Origin: Candidatus Methanomethylophilaceae archaeon
Lineage (GTDB): Archaea; Thermoplasmatota; Thermoplasmata; Methanomassiliicoccales; Methanomethylophilaceae
NCBI GenBank assembly: GCA_944320495.1
Contig: CALUHR010000005.1
Coordinates: 248,581-312,580 of the forward strand
DNA: 64,000 nucleotides
Reading direction: 5' to 3'
The notes below the pieces were generated by a model. That model saw only the letters and a list, made by a program, of their open reading frames with translations. It searched no databases and was not told where the DNA came from. Positions within the stretch are counted from its first letter, which is position 1; every line of letters starts with the position of its first letter. Position numbers and translations under genes: made by a program. This document shows, piece by piece, positions 55,596 to 64,000 of this stretch.

Positions 55596-57337
55596 AGTCC
55601 CAGCTCCTCGTCGGACAGCTGCGACCTTGCGATGTCCAGGTAAACCGGGCATGTGCGGAGCAGCTCCTCGTGCCTTCCCATGCCGACCACCTCGCCGTCG
55701 TCGAGGACGACGATCCTGTCGGCGTCGATTATGGTGCCTATCCTCTGGGCCACGATCAGCATCGTCGCCCCGGAGACCTCCCTCCTCAGGGCCTCCCTCA
55801 GGACCCTGTCGGTCCTGTAGTCCAGCGCGGAGAACGAGTCGTCGAAGATGTAGATCTCCGGATCACGGCAGACCGCCCTGGCTATGGAGAGCCTCTGCCT
55901 CTGGCCTCCGGACAGGTTCGTCCCGCCCTGGGCGACCTCCGATCCGTACCCGCCCTCCTTGGACTCCACGAACTCGGCCGCCTGGGCGATGCCGACGGCC
56001 CTCCGGACCTGCTCCTCCGTGGAGGCTTCCGACCCGTGGCCGTACCTCACGTTGGACTCTATCGTGCCCTTGAACATGAACGCCTTCTGCGGGACGTACC
56101 CGATCCTGTCCCTCAGGTCCTGGAGGCGGTACTCCCTCACGTCGACGCCGTCGACGAGCACCTGGCCCTCCGTGGCGTCGTACAGCCTGGGGATCAGGTC
56201 CACCGCGGTGGTCTTCCCGCTCCCGGTGGCGCCGATGATGGCGACGGTCTCGCCCTTGGAGGCGGTGAAGCTGACGCCGTGCAGCACGTCGCCCGATGTG
56301 CCGGGATATCTGAACGACACGTTCCTGAACTCCACGGTGCCCTCCCTCGGGGCCTCCGCGCCGGGGCCGTCCCTGATCGATGGCACGGTGTTGATGACCT
56401 CCTGCACGCGCTTGGAGGCGACCATCGCACGCGGGAGTATCATGAAGATCATCACCAGCATGATGAACGACATCACGACCTGCATCGCGTACGAAGAGAA
56501 CACGACCATGTCGGAGAACAGGACCAGCTGGTCCTGCATGGCGGCGGCATCGATCAGCGTCGCGCCGATCCAGTATATCGCCAGCGACAGGCCGTTCATG
56601 ACAAGCATCATCGCGGGGAACATCGTGGCCATGGCGCGGTTGGCCGAGAGGTTGGTGTCCGTGAGCTCCCTGTTGGCCTCCTCGGACTTGGCCTCCTGAT
56701 AGGACTCGGCGTTGTACGCGCGGACCACGCGGATGCCCGAGAGGTTCTCCCTGGTGACCCTGTTGACGTTGTCGGTGAGCCCCTGGATCCTCTTGAACCT
56801 GGGGATGGCGTACAGCATCACGATCGAGATTATCGTGACGATGGCCACGACGCCCACGGCGGTGGCGACGGTCCACTCCCAGTTCTTGTCCAGGATCTTC
56901 GTGATCGCCCAGACGGCCATGATCGGCGCCCGGATCATGATCATCAGGCCCATGGCCGTAGTCATCTGGATCTGGGTGATGTCATTGGTGGAGCGGGTTA
57001 TGAGGCTCGACGTGGAGAACCTGTTCATCTCCTCCAAAGAGAACGACTGCACCGCGGAGTACTCCAGGTCCCTCAGGCGCATGGAGAAGGACGTGGCGAT
57101 CCACGCCGCGAGGCACCCCACCACGACCGAGACCACGAGGCTGCCGAACGCGCACGCCAGCATCATGCCGCCGTCGCTCAGGACGACGTCCATGTCCGTG
57201 TCCATCCCGGTCAGCTGGGCCGTGATCGAGGTCATGTACCCCGGGATCTCCAGCTCCAGGTAGACCATGATCGCGACGAGCACGACGCAGACCGCGATGG
57301 CCGCCCAGTGCTTCGCGTTCATGTACTTCAGTATCAT
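55592..57337 (-). CDS. Heterodimeric ABC exporter, TM+ATPase subunit 1
   Basis: GATGSGKT, LSGGQRQR, IFDDSFSALD. Confidence 0.9.
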   Translation of the reverse strand: MILKYMNAKHWAAIAVCVVLVAIMVYLELEIPGYMTSITAQLTGMDTDMDVVLSDGGMMLACAFGSLVVSVVVGCLAAWIATSFSMRLRDLEYSAVQSFSLEEMNRFSTSSLITRSTNDITQIQMTTAMGLMIMIRAPIMAVWAITKILDKNWEWTVATAVGVVAIVTIISIVMLYAIPRFKRIQGLTDNVNRVTRENLSGIRVVRAYNAESYQEAKSEEANRELTDTNLSANRAMATMFPAMMLVMNGLSLAIYWIGATLIDAAAMQDQLVLFSDMVVFSSYAMQVVMSFIMLVMIFMILPRAMVASKRVQEVINTVPSIRDGPGAEAPREGTVEFRNVSFRYPGTSGDVLHGVSFTASKGETVAIIGATGSGKTTAVDLIPRLYDATEGQVLVDGVDVREYRLQDLRDRIGYVPQKAFMFKGTIESNVRYGHGSEASTEEQVRRAVGIAQAAEFVESKEGGYGSEVAQGGTNLSGGQRQRLSIARAVCRDPEIYIFDDSFSALDYRTDRVLREALRREVSGATMLIVAQRIGTIIDADRIVVLDDGEVVGMGRHEELLRTCPVYLDIARSQLSDEELGL

Positions 57338-57933
57338 TCCCCGGCCCCCTCCGGTCCGATCGGTATCGTCCCGATGCGGTTCTCGGCCACACTCTCCCTC
57401 CTCTGCGGAGGGGTGAGCACGAAGGCCAGGGTGTGCAGCCTCTGGTCCTCCGACGTGCGCGCCAGGTACGGCTCCATCAGGGACACCATGTCCCACGACA
57501 GCTTCCTGGCCTGCTCCTCCGTGAGATACACCCCGGTGGACGCGAAACCCGTGCTGTCCCTGTTGAGGTCCGCATCCGGGTCCTCCGAGTACTCCTCGAA
57601 GTCCCTCATGAGCCCGAGCATGAACGTCCCGAACATGCTGCAGTAGCCCTTCAGGTCGTTCTCCCTCACCATGTCGACGTCGAAGTGCTCGAAGTCGAAC
57701 GAGATGTCATAGGTCCGTTCGATGACGGCGCGGACCTTCGTCTCCGACACCACCCGTATGATGCCGGCCTCCTGCATCCCGCCGAGCGCCCTGTAGACGG
57801 TGGTCTGGGATGCGCCGGTCTCCTGTAGGATGGTCTTGGCCGTCATCGGCCCGTTCCTCGCCAGGAGCATCAGTATCCTGAGCTTCAGCGGATTCCCGAT
57901 GCACTCGTGGACGTCCGCAATGTCCATTCCCAT
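57334..57933 (-). CDS. ArsR-like HTH transcriptional regulator
   Basis: NPLKLRIL...ASQTTVYRAL; heads the ABC exporter operon. Confidence 0.8.
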   Translation of the reverse strand: MGMDIADVHECIGNPLKLRILMLLARNGPMTAKTILQETGASQTTVYRALGGMQEAGIIRVVSETKVRAVIERTYDISFDFEHFDVDMVRENDLKGYCSMFGTFMLGLMRDFEEYSEDPDADLNRDSTGFASTGVYLTEEQARKLSWDMVSLMEPYLARTSEDQRLHTLAFVLTPPQRRESVAENRIGTIPIGPEGAGE

Positions 57934-58124
57934 GGACGAGGGCTCTCGTTTTCGATATAAGAACATTACCGTTTTGGAAACATAACCAACGAAGGAATGT
58001 TGTCACGAAGAGAATGATCGATGATGGACGGGATGGGAAGAACGGCGCCCGCCCCGTGGAAGGGCGGACGCCTAGAGGCAGCAAATGTACTCGGGACAGC
58101 GGATCGTCCCGGCATAGGGGGAAC

Positions 58125-58349
58125 TCAGGCCAGGTCCCTGGCGAGCAGGGCCTGCTTGACGGTGGGCGACGCGATGATCCTCCCGTGGATCCTGGTGCTG
58201 GACACCGTCTGCTCGATGAGCTCTGGCGTGACGTCCTCGTCCGCGACGACGAGGCCGACGAGCTCGATGTCGGTCTTCTTGCCCGAATCCCTGAGACCCT
58301 CCAGATATCTGCGGCTGAGTCTCAGCGTACGGAACATGGTTTTCGGCAT
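58125..58349 (-). CDS. Small hypothetical protein
   Basis: 74-aa ORF, GAGGAGG upstream, typical codon bias. Confidence 0.55.
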   Translation of the reverse strand: MPKTMFRTLRLSRRYLEGLRDSGKKTDIELVGLVVADEDVTPELIEQTVSSTRIHGRIIASPTVKQALLARDLA

Positions 58350-58492
58350 TGATATTCCTCCTCGGTCTGAACCGTTGCATCTGCATTATCACACAGATAT
58401 AAATGTTTAATGTTTAACGATAAACCCGTAATGTTTCGGTTAACTTGGATAGAAACAGATTAATATTGACTTGACCTGGAAGAGCCGATAGC

Positions 58493-58993
58493 ATGGATGA
58501 GGAGAGTCTGGTCAGGCTCAGGAGGATATGCGGGATAGGGTCCTGGATCGCCGTCATCGTCAGCATCTTCATGGCCCTGCTGCTGGTCTCCAGCGCCGTC
58601 AACCTGTCGCGGTGCTCCCTCGACCCGGAGTTCTGCCTCCCCATGATGAACCACGTCCAGTCGTGCCTCTCGTCCATGGAGGACCTCCTGATGGGCGCGT
58701 TCGGCATCATCCTCTGCGTGATCGCCTATCGCCTCCTCAGGAACAACGGCGATGGGTACACCCCGTTCACCCGCGAAAACGTGACCGGCATGAAGACCAT
58801 CGCCACCGTCGCCATCATCGGCTTCGCCATCATACTCTGTGCCCAGATCTTCATGATCGTCGTGATGGATCCCGATGAGTGGTGGATCGACTTCCCCATG
58901 AGCCTCGTGATCCTAGCGGTCATCACCTATGTCTTCGCCCTACTGATGGAATACGGCACCGTCCTCCAGACGGAATCTGACCACTTCCTGTGA
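58493..58993 (+). CDS. DUF2975-like membrane protein
   Basis: Four TM segments, PFTRENV motif, C-terminal YG..LQ.ESD; precedes a Cro/C1 HTH gene. Confidence 0.75.
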   Translation: MDEESLVRLRRICGIGSWIAVIVSIFMALLLVSSAVNLSRCSLDPEFCLPMMNHVQSCLSSMEDLLMGAFGIILCVIAYRLLRNNGDGYTPFTRENVTGMKTIATVAIIGFAIILCAQIFMIVVMDPDEWWIDFPMSLVILAVITYVFALLMEYGTVLQTESDHFL

Positions 58994-58997
58994 TACC

Positions 58998-59576
58998 ATG
59001 CCGATAATCCTCAGACTCGACCGGATCATGGTGGACAGGAAGATGTCCCTGAAGGAGCTGGCAGAGAACGTCGGCATCTCCTACGTCAACCTGTCCAAGA
59101 TCAAGACCGGGAAGGTTCAGGGGATTAGGTTCTCCACCCTGGAGTCCATTTGCGAGACGTTGGGATGCCAGCCAGGCGACATACTCGAGTTCGTTCCCGG
59201 GGAGCACCTCTGTGACGCCTGCGACGACGGGTTCTCCGGCGAGGCCGCGGAACACGACAGGCATACCCGCCATCGTGGTTCCGGCGAGCATGCGCGACGT
59301 CTGCTTCGCTCCATTCGGAGCCCATGGCCGAGTGGGACCTGGGCGGCACGTCCGACAAGAACGTCCGGACCCTGCCCCCATCCGTTCTCGGTCCCGTGCC
59401 GCTGCATCAGCCACGGACGGCCCATCTGGACGCCCTGTAGCTTCTCCCGATGTCCCTGGGGGGTGAGTCCGGAGCGGCGGGGTGCTCTGAGACCGCGACC
59501 TCCGACGGGCTCTCCGACATTCTTGCTCCGCGAACGCGGCGTCCATAACGAAGGGCACACAGGGATATGGGGATGA
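58998..59576 (+). CDS. Cro/C1-type HTH regulator (YozG-like) with non-conserved-looking extension
   Basis: IILRLDRIM...IRFSTLESICETLGCQPGDILEF in the first ~70 aa. Confidence 0.85.
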   Translation: MPIILRLDRIMVDRKMSLKELAENVGISYVNLSKIKTGKVQGIRFSTLESICETLGCQPGDILEFVPGEHLCDACDDGFSGEAAEHDRHTRHRGSGEHARRLLRSIRSPWPSGTWAARPTRTSGPCPHPFSVPCRCISHGRPIWTPCSFSRCPWGVSPERRGALRPRPPTGSPTFLLRERGVHNEGHTGIWG

Positions 59577-59635
59577 GAACGGCCCGAGGGCCGGCAAACG
59601 GTTTAAGATGAGGGGGTTCGACGCCCCCTCGTTTC

Positions 59636-62404
59636 TCACTCCTCGGACTTCTCCTCGGACCTGGGGGCGGGGTTCCCTCCGAGGAACTTCGGCCCCTTCC
59701 AGTTCCAGTCGCCGAGCAGGTGCATGACGGCCGGGACGATGTACGTGCGCACGATGAGCGCGTCGCAGAGGATGGCGAAGCACAGGGCGAAGCCGAACTG
59801 CTGGAGCATGCCCATGGAGGACAGCATCAGCGTTCCAAAGGCCCCTCCCATGATCAGTCCGCAGATGGTGATGACCGATCCGGAGTGGACGACCGCATGG
59901 TGGATGGCCTCGTCGTTGCTCATGCCGTTGGCCCTGACGTTCTCCTTGATCCTCGTGGTGAGGAGGATGTCATAGTCCATTCCGAGACCGAGGCAGATGA
60001 CCAGCAGGATGAGCGGGATCAGCCAGGTGACCTCGTCCCCGAAGAGGAGGTGCGTGGCGGCCAGGGTCCAGCATATGCTCATCAGGATGGTCGCGACGGA
60101 CCTCAGCGGGATGGTGTACGAACGCATCACGAAGAACAGCAGGATGATGATCAGGACGACCACCAGCAGCTCGATCATCGTGAACTCGCCGGAGATGATC
60201 TCCGAGATGTCGTACATGATGACCGCGGTTCCCGTGACCCAGGAGGCGGTGATGCCCTCGGTGGAGGACACGTAGTCATCGATGACGCCCTGCATGTAGG
60301 CGATGGAGTCCATGGAGATGGGCGCCATGGCGGCCGCGTGGGTGGACGCGGAGATCTTCACGAAGGTGACGTCCAGTTCCGTCTGCCCATCGACCTCGGC
60401 GACGGAGGCGTCGAACTGCGCGTACTCGCCGCCGACGTATCCGAGATTGACGTTGACCAGATAGTCGAGGGTTCCGGCGCCGGAGAGCGCGATGAGCGCG
60501 TCGACGACGTTGGCGTTGCCGAAGACCATCTCGAGCATGCCGCTGTTGTAGAGGTCGGACAGGTTCGCAGGGGTTCCGAGGATCCCCTCCAGAATGGGCG
60601 CGAACTGCTCGTCGAAGGCCCCGGCGGAGATGTACGCGTCGTACTGCGCCTGGATCTGGGGCAGGGCCTGCTGGAGGACGAGCGCGCTGGAGCTGTTGTC
60701 ACTGATGGCGGCGAGCTCTGCGGCGTCGAGGATCCTGCTTCCGTTCTGGATGAGCGACATCATGTCGGTCATGGAGACGCCGAGCTCCCCCATGGCCTCA
60801 GCGACGTATGTGTCCCACATGAAGACGCCGGTCACGGACGCTATGTTGTCGTCGGGGTCATCGTCGATCCTCTCCAGGGTGGACGCGAGAGACGAGCTCA
60901 GGCCGCCCTTCCAGGAGTCGGACCATGCGAGAGACCAGTTCGGCTCACCGGTGACGGGGTTGACGTATTCGCCGGTCAGCGGGTCGGGGACGGCGGTGAC
61001 GGTGGCGATCGGCTCGTCGTACTGGAGGATGGCGTAGTCGGGGTAGATGATTCCCTGGTCGGCGTACTCGCCGAGATAGTCCATCCCGGTCTCGGAGTCG
61101 CCGGTCATCAGGGAGCTGGTCATGTCGTAGGAAGTCTCGGAGGTGACCGTCACGTACGCGGCGGGGAGGGTCACCAGGATGGCCACCAGAGTGATGGCCT
61201 TGGCATGCTTCAGGGTGAACCTGGAGTTCTTGTCGAAGTACGCGTGGCCGACCCTGGAGCACCAGGCGAACCAGCCGCGGGTGGCCTTGCCGCCCTCCTG
61301 GTACTCCTTCATCTTGGTGGGCCAGAAGATCCTGTCCCCGACCACGTTGATGAGCGCGGGGATGAAGGTGAGCGCCGCGAGCAGCGCGACGATGATTCCC
61401 AGGGCGAGGCAGATGCCCATGGTGTGGATCATGCTGAAGGAGCAGATCGACATGGCTCCGAAACCTATGATGACGGAGGCGCCGGAGATCGTGATGGACT
61501 CGCCGGCCCACTTGATGGCGCTGTGCAGGGCCTCCTCGTGGGTCCTGCCGTCGCGCCTCTCCTCCCTGTAGCGGGCGAGGATGAAGATGCAGTAGTCGCA
61601 CCCGGCCCCCATCATGGAGACCAGGAGCATGACCTCGGTCACGAAGAAGATGTCCATGACGAACATCAGGCAGTAGATCAGGCCCATGGTGACGGCGAAC
61701 GCGACGCCCATGGTCACCGGCGGCATGGCCGAGGTGATGAAGGACCTGAAGAACAGTCCGACGAGGATGAGGATCATCAGCACGGTGAAGACGTCGATGT
61801 GACTGATGTCCTCCATGGCGCCGTCCTCCATGTCGTAGGAGACGGCGGGCATGCCGGTGAGGTACACTCCGACCTCGCCCTCGACGCCCGCATCCGCCAG
61901 GACGTGGTGGATCTGGTCCCTCAGGACGGGCGTGTCGTCGATGGCGTTGCCGTCGAAGTCCTCCGAGTAGGTGAGCATCAGCATGATGATGCCGGACCCG
62001 TCCTCCCTCGCATTGGAGTCGGACGTGTCCATGCCCGTGGCGCTCGTGATCTTTATCGCTTCCTCGCCGTCCGCGTTGACGTACGTGAACAGCCCTTCGT
62101 CGACGGCACCGCTGATGATGCCGTCCACCTCCTGCGCCAGAACGTGCTCGTCATCGTTTCCGTATGCGATGACCAGTATCGGCGACGAAGAGGTGTCAGC
62201 CGAGGAGGACGGGAAGTAAGTCGCTATGATCCCGTAGCCCTCCATGGACTCCGATTCCTCGATGCCCATCTCGTTCATGTCGTAGCTCATGTTACTGAAC
62301 GCCTTGACGGCGGGGACAGCGGCGACCAGGAGGATGACGATCCAGATCACCATGATGAGCTTCGAATGCTTGATGATGGCATCCGCCAGCTTGTCATAGG
62401 CCAT
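59636..62404 (-). CDS. MMPL/RND family transporter
   Basis: Two TM blocks, GAGCDYCIFILARYREE and GLGMDYDILL motifs. Confidence 0.9.
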   Translation of the reverse strand: MAYDKLADAIIKHSKLIMVIWIVILLVAAVPAVKAFSNMSYDMNEMGIEESESMEGYGIIATYFPSSSADTSSSPILVIAYGNDDEHVLAQEVDGIISGAVDEGLFTYVNADGEEAIKITSATGMDTSDSNAREDGSGIIMLMLTYSEDFDGNAIDDTPVLRDQIHHVLADAGVEGEVGVYLTGMPAVSYDMEDGAMEDISHIDVFTVLMILILVGLFFRSFITSAMPPVTMGVAFAVTMGLIYCLMFVMDIFFVTEVMLLVSMMGAGCDYCIFILARYREERRDGRTHEEALHSAIKWAGESITISGASVIIGFGAMSICSFSMIHTMGICLALGIIVALLAALTFIPALINVVGDRIFWPTKMKEYQEGGKATRGWFAWCSRVGHAYFDKNSRFTLKHAKAITLVAILVTLPAAYVTVTSETSYDMTSSLMTGDSETGMDYLGEYADQGIIYPDYAILQYDEPIATVTAVPDPLTGEYVNPVTGEPNWSLAWSDSWKGGLSSSLASTLERIDDDPDDNIASVTGVFMWDTYVAEAMGELGVSMTDMMSLIQNGSRILDAAELAAISDNSSSALVLQQALPQIQAQYDAYISAGAFDEQFAPILEGILGTPANLSDLYNSGMLEMVFGNANVVDALIALSGAGTLDYLVNVNLGYVGGEYAQFDASVAEVDGQTELDVTFVKISASTHAAAMAPISMDSIAYMQGVIDDYVSSTEGITASWVTGTAVIMYDISEIISGEFTMIELLVVVLIIILLFFVMRSYTIPLRSVATILMSICWTLAATHLLFGDEVTWLIPLILLVICLGLGMDYDILLTTRIKENVRANGMSNDEAIHHAVVHSGSVITICGLIMGGAFGTLMLSSMGMLQQFGFALCFAILCDALIVRTYIVPAVMHLLGDWNWKGPKFLGGNPAPRSEEKSEE

Positions 62405-62512
62405 GCGGCTCGGAGATGGCCCCCGTATTTATCGCTTCTTAGAACACGCGCGTGCGCGTCCGTAATAACAGGCTCCCGTCACCGTTAACTCTGACGTCCC
62501 GATGACCCGTAC

Positions 62513-63376
62513 ATGCCCGAGCTTCCGGAGATAGAGACCACCAGGAGGGCGGTGGGGCCGCTCGTCACGGGGAGGACGATAGAGTCCGTCGACGTGAGGC
62601 ATCCCGGCGTCATCGCTCATCCGGACGCGGCGGCGTTCGCCGAACGCCTGACCGACAGGAGGATACTCGGCATGGACAGGCGCGGTAAGTACCTCGTCGC
62701 CCGCCTGGACGACGGCTCGCACGTCACCATGCACATGCGCATGACCGGGTGCCTGGTGGCCGCGCCGACCGGATACCCTGAGGACAGGCACACCCACGTC
62801 GTCCTGCACATGGACGACGGGACCGAGATGCGCTTCTCCGACATGCGCCGCTTCGGGAGGTTCTGGCTCTTCGGCCCGGAAGAGGAGGACGACAGCGGGA
62901 TCGGGAGGCTGGGGCCGGAGCCCGACGACCCGTCACTAGATGCGGCTTACCTAGAGGACAGGATCGGCGGGTCGCACCGCGCAATCAAGGAGTGCCTCCT
63001 GGACCAGACCGTCGTCGCCGGGATCGGGAACATCTACTCCGACGAGATCCTCTTCGAGGTCGGGATCGACCCGGCGAGGCCCGCGGACAGCCTGACCCGT
63101 GACGAGTTCGGGAGGCTGGCACATGCCATCCCCGAGCTCCTTGGATACTTCACCGAGACCAACCTCGTCACCCCTGAGGAGCACCTCGCCGGCAAGGGCA
63201 GGGACTACCGCAACACCCCGTTCCTGAGGGTCTACGGCCATGCGGGCGAGCCCTGCCCGAGATGCGGGGAGACGATGGTCCGCAGCGTGGTCGGCGGGAG
63301 GGGGAGTGTCCGCTGCCCCCGGTGCCAGAGGCGAGGGTCGGGCCAGGGCCGCCTCCCGGGACCGTCGAAGACCTGA
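62513..63376 (+). CDS. mutM: Formamidopyrimidine-DNA glycosylase
   Basis: N-terminal PELPEIE, RRGKYL, HMRMTG, GIGNIYSDE, CPRCG...CPRCQ Zn finger. Confidence 0.95.
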   Translation: MPELPEIETTRRAVGPLVTGRTIESVDVRHPGVIAHPDAAAFAERLTDRRILGMDRRGKYLVARLDDGSHVTMHMRMTGCLVAAPTGYPEDRHTHVVLHMDDGTEMRFSDMRRFGRFWLFGPEEEDDSGIGRLGPEPDDPSLDAAYLEDRIGGSHRAIKECLLDQTVVAGIGNIYSDEILFEVGIDPARPADSLTRDEFGRLAHAIPELLGYFTETNLVTPEEHLAGKGRDYRNTPFLRVYGHAGEPCPRCGETMVRSVVGGRGSVRCPRCQRRGSGQGRLPGPSKT

Positions 63377-63565
63377 GGGCCCGGAGCCCTGAAGGCTTCC
63401 AACGCCAGACGGGACGGCATGGGGATCCCGGCGAGCCCCCGCCGCTGGCACATGCCCGGCCGCACCCTCCGGGATCCGCCATGCGGGGATCGCACCGCCC
63501 TCGACCGGACGGTCGCGCGCGCGAAACCTCTAATTATAAAGGCCGACTACGCCGGGACGTTAGCC

Positions 63566-64000
63566 ATGGCTCAGTACGAATCCGCCTCCATAGAGAAGCG
63601 CTGGGAGGAGATGTGGAAGACCGAGGAGGTCTACCGCTTCGACCCGGCATCCGACAAACCGGTCTTCAGCATCGACAACCCGCCCCGCTACACCTCCGGT
63701 CCGCTGCACCTGGGGCACGCCACCGGGTACTCCCTGATCGACTTCGTCGCCCGCTACAGGAGGATGAGGGGATACAACGTGTTCTTCCCCCTCTGCTTCG
63801 ACGTCAACGGGACCCCCATCGAGGTCAAGGTCGAGAAGAAGCACCACATCACCAAGCTGGACACCCCGAGGAAGGAGTACAGGAGGCTCTGCGAGGAGTA
63901 CGCCAACGGGTTCATCGAGGAGATGACCCACCACTTCGAGATCCTGGGGGAGAGCATGGACCCCAGCATCTACTACCAGACCGACGCCCCCTACTACAGG
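63566..64000 (+). CDS. valS: Valyl-tRNA synthetase, 5' part (truncated by window)
   Basis: FSIDNPPRYTSGPLHLGH (HIGH), RMRGYNVFFP. Confidence 0.85.
   Translation, partial: MAQYESASIEKRWEEMWKTEEVYRFDPASDKPVFSIDNPPRYTSGPLHLGHATGYSLIDFVARYRRMRGYNVFFPLCFDVNGTPIEVKVEKKHHITKLDTPRKEYRRLCEEYANGFIEEMTHHFEILGESMDPSIYYQTDAPYYR

Overview
Archaeal chromosome segment, GC-rich. dph5, trm5, archaeal-type valS and ADP-forming acetate-CoA ligase mark it as archaeal; Methanomassiliicoccales/Thermoplasmatota is my inference. Positions 1 to ~29926 are the right part of an integrated mobile element ending in a tyrosine integrase (28553-29596) and a 28-nt tRNA 3' fragment (probable attR, 29899-29926); its left end lies outside the window. 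The most striking structure is a run of 22 co-oriented, closely coupled ORFs (8042-21706). Each has a different, mostly acidic and aromatic N-terminal domain and a shared Lys/Pro/Ala/Ser-rich C-terminal tail, usually ending near K-G-x-R-R. The tail is encoded by a nucleotide repeat that also supplies the ribosome-binding site and the ATGA stop/start overlap of the next gene. There are signs of cassette shuffling: fused units with internal tails, a lower-GC DUF3800-like gene grafted onto a tail, and missing stops where the next gene starts ATGG. The element also carries a cas-less type I-E-like mini-CRISPR (4 repeats, 3 spacers), a HExxH peptidase, a Lar-like Zn finger, Doc/Fic, an orphan MNT, a FtsK/HerA-like ATPase and a four-copy unknown domain. 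I saw no recognisable capsid or conjugation genes in the visible part. Positions ~30000-64000 are mostly ordinary host genes, with a few oddities: a beta-propeller-BtuC fusion, an Rnl2-like ligase, 33-bp-period AT-rich repeats and a duplicated hairpin. All family assignments are from motif recognition by eye; no searches were run.
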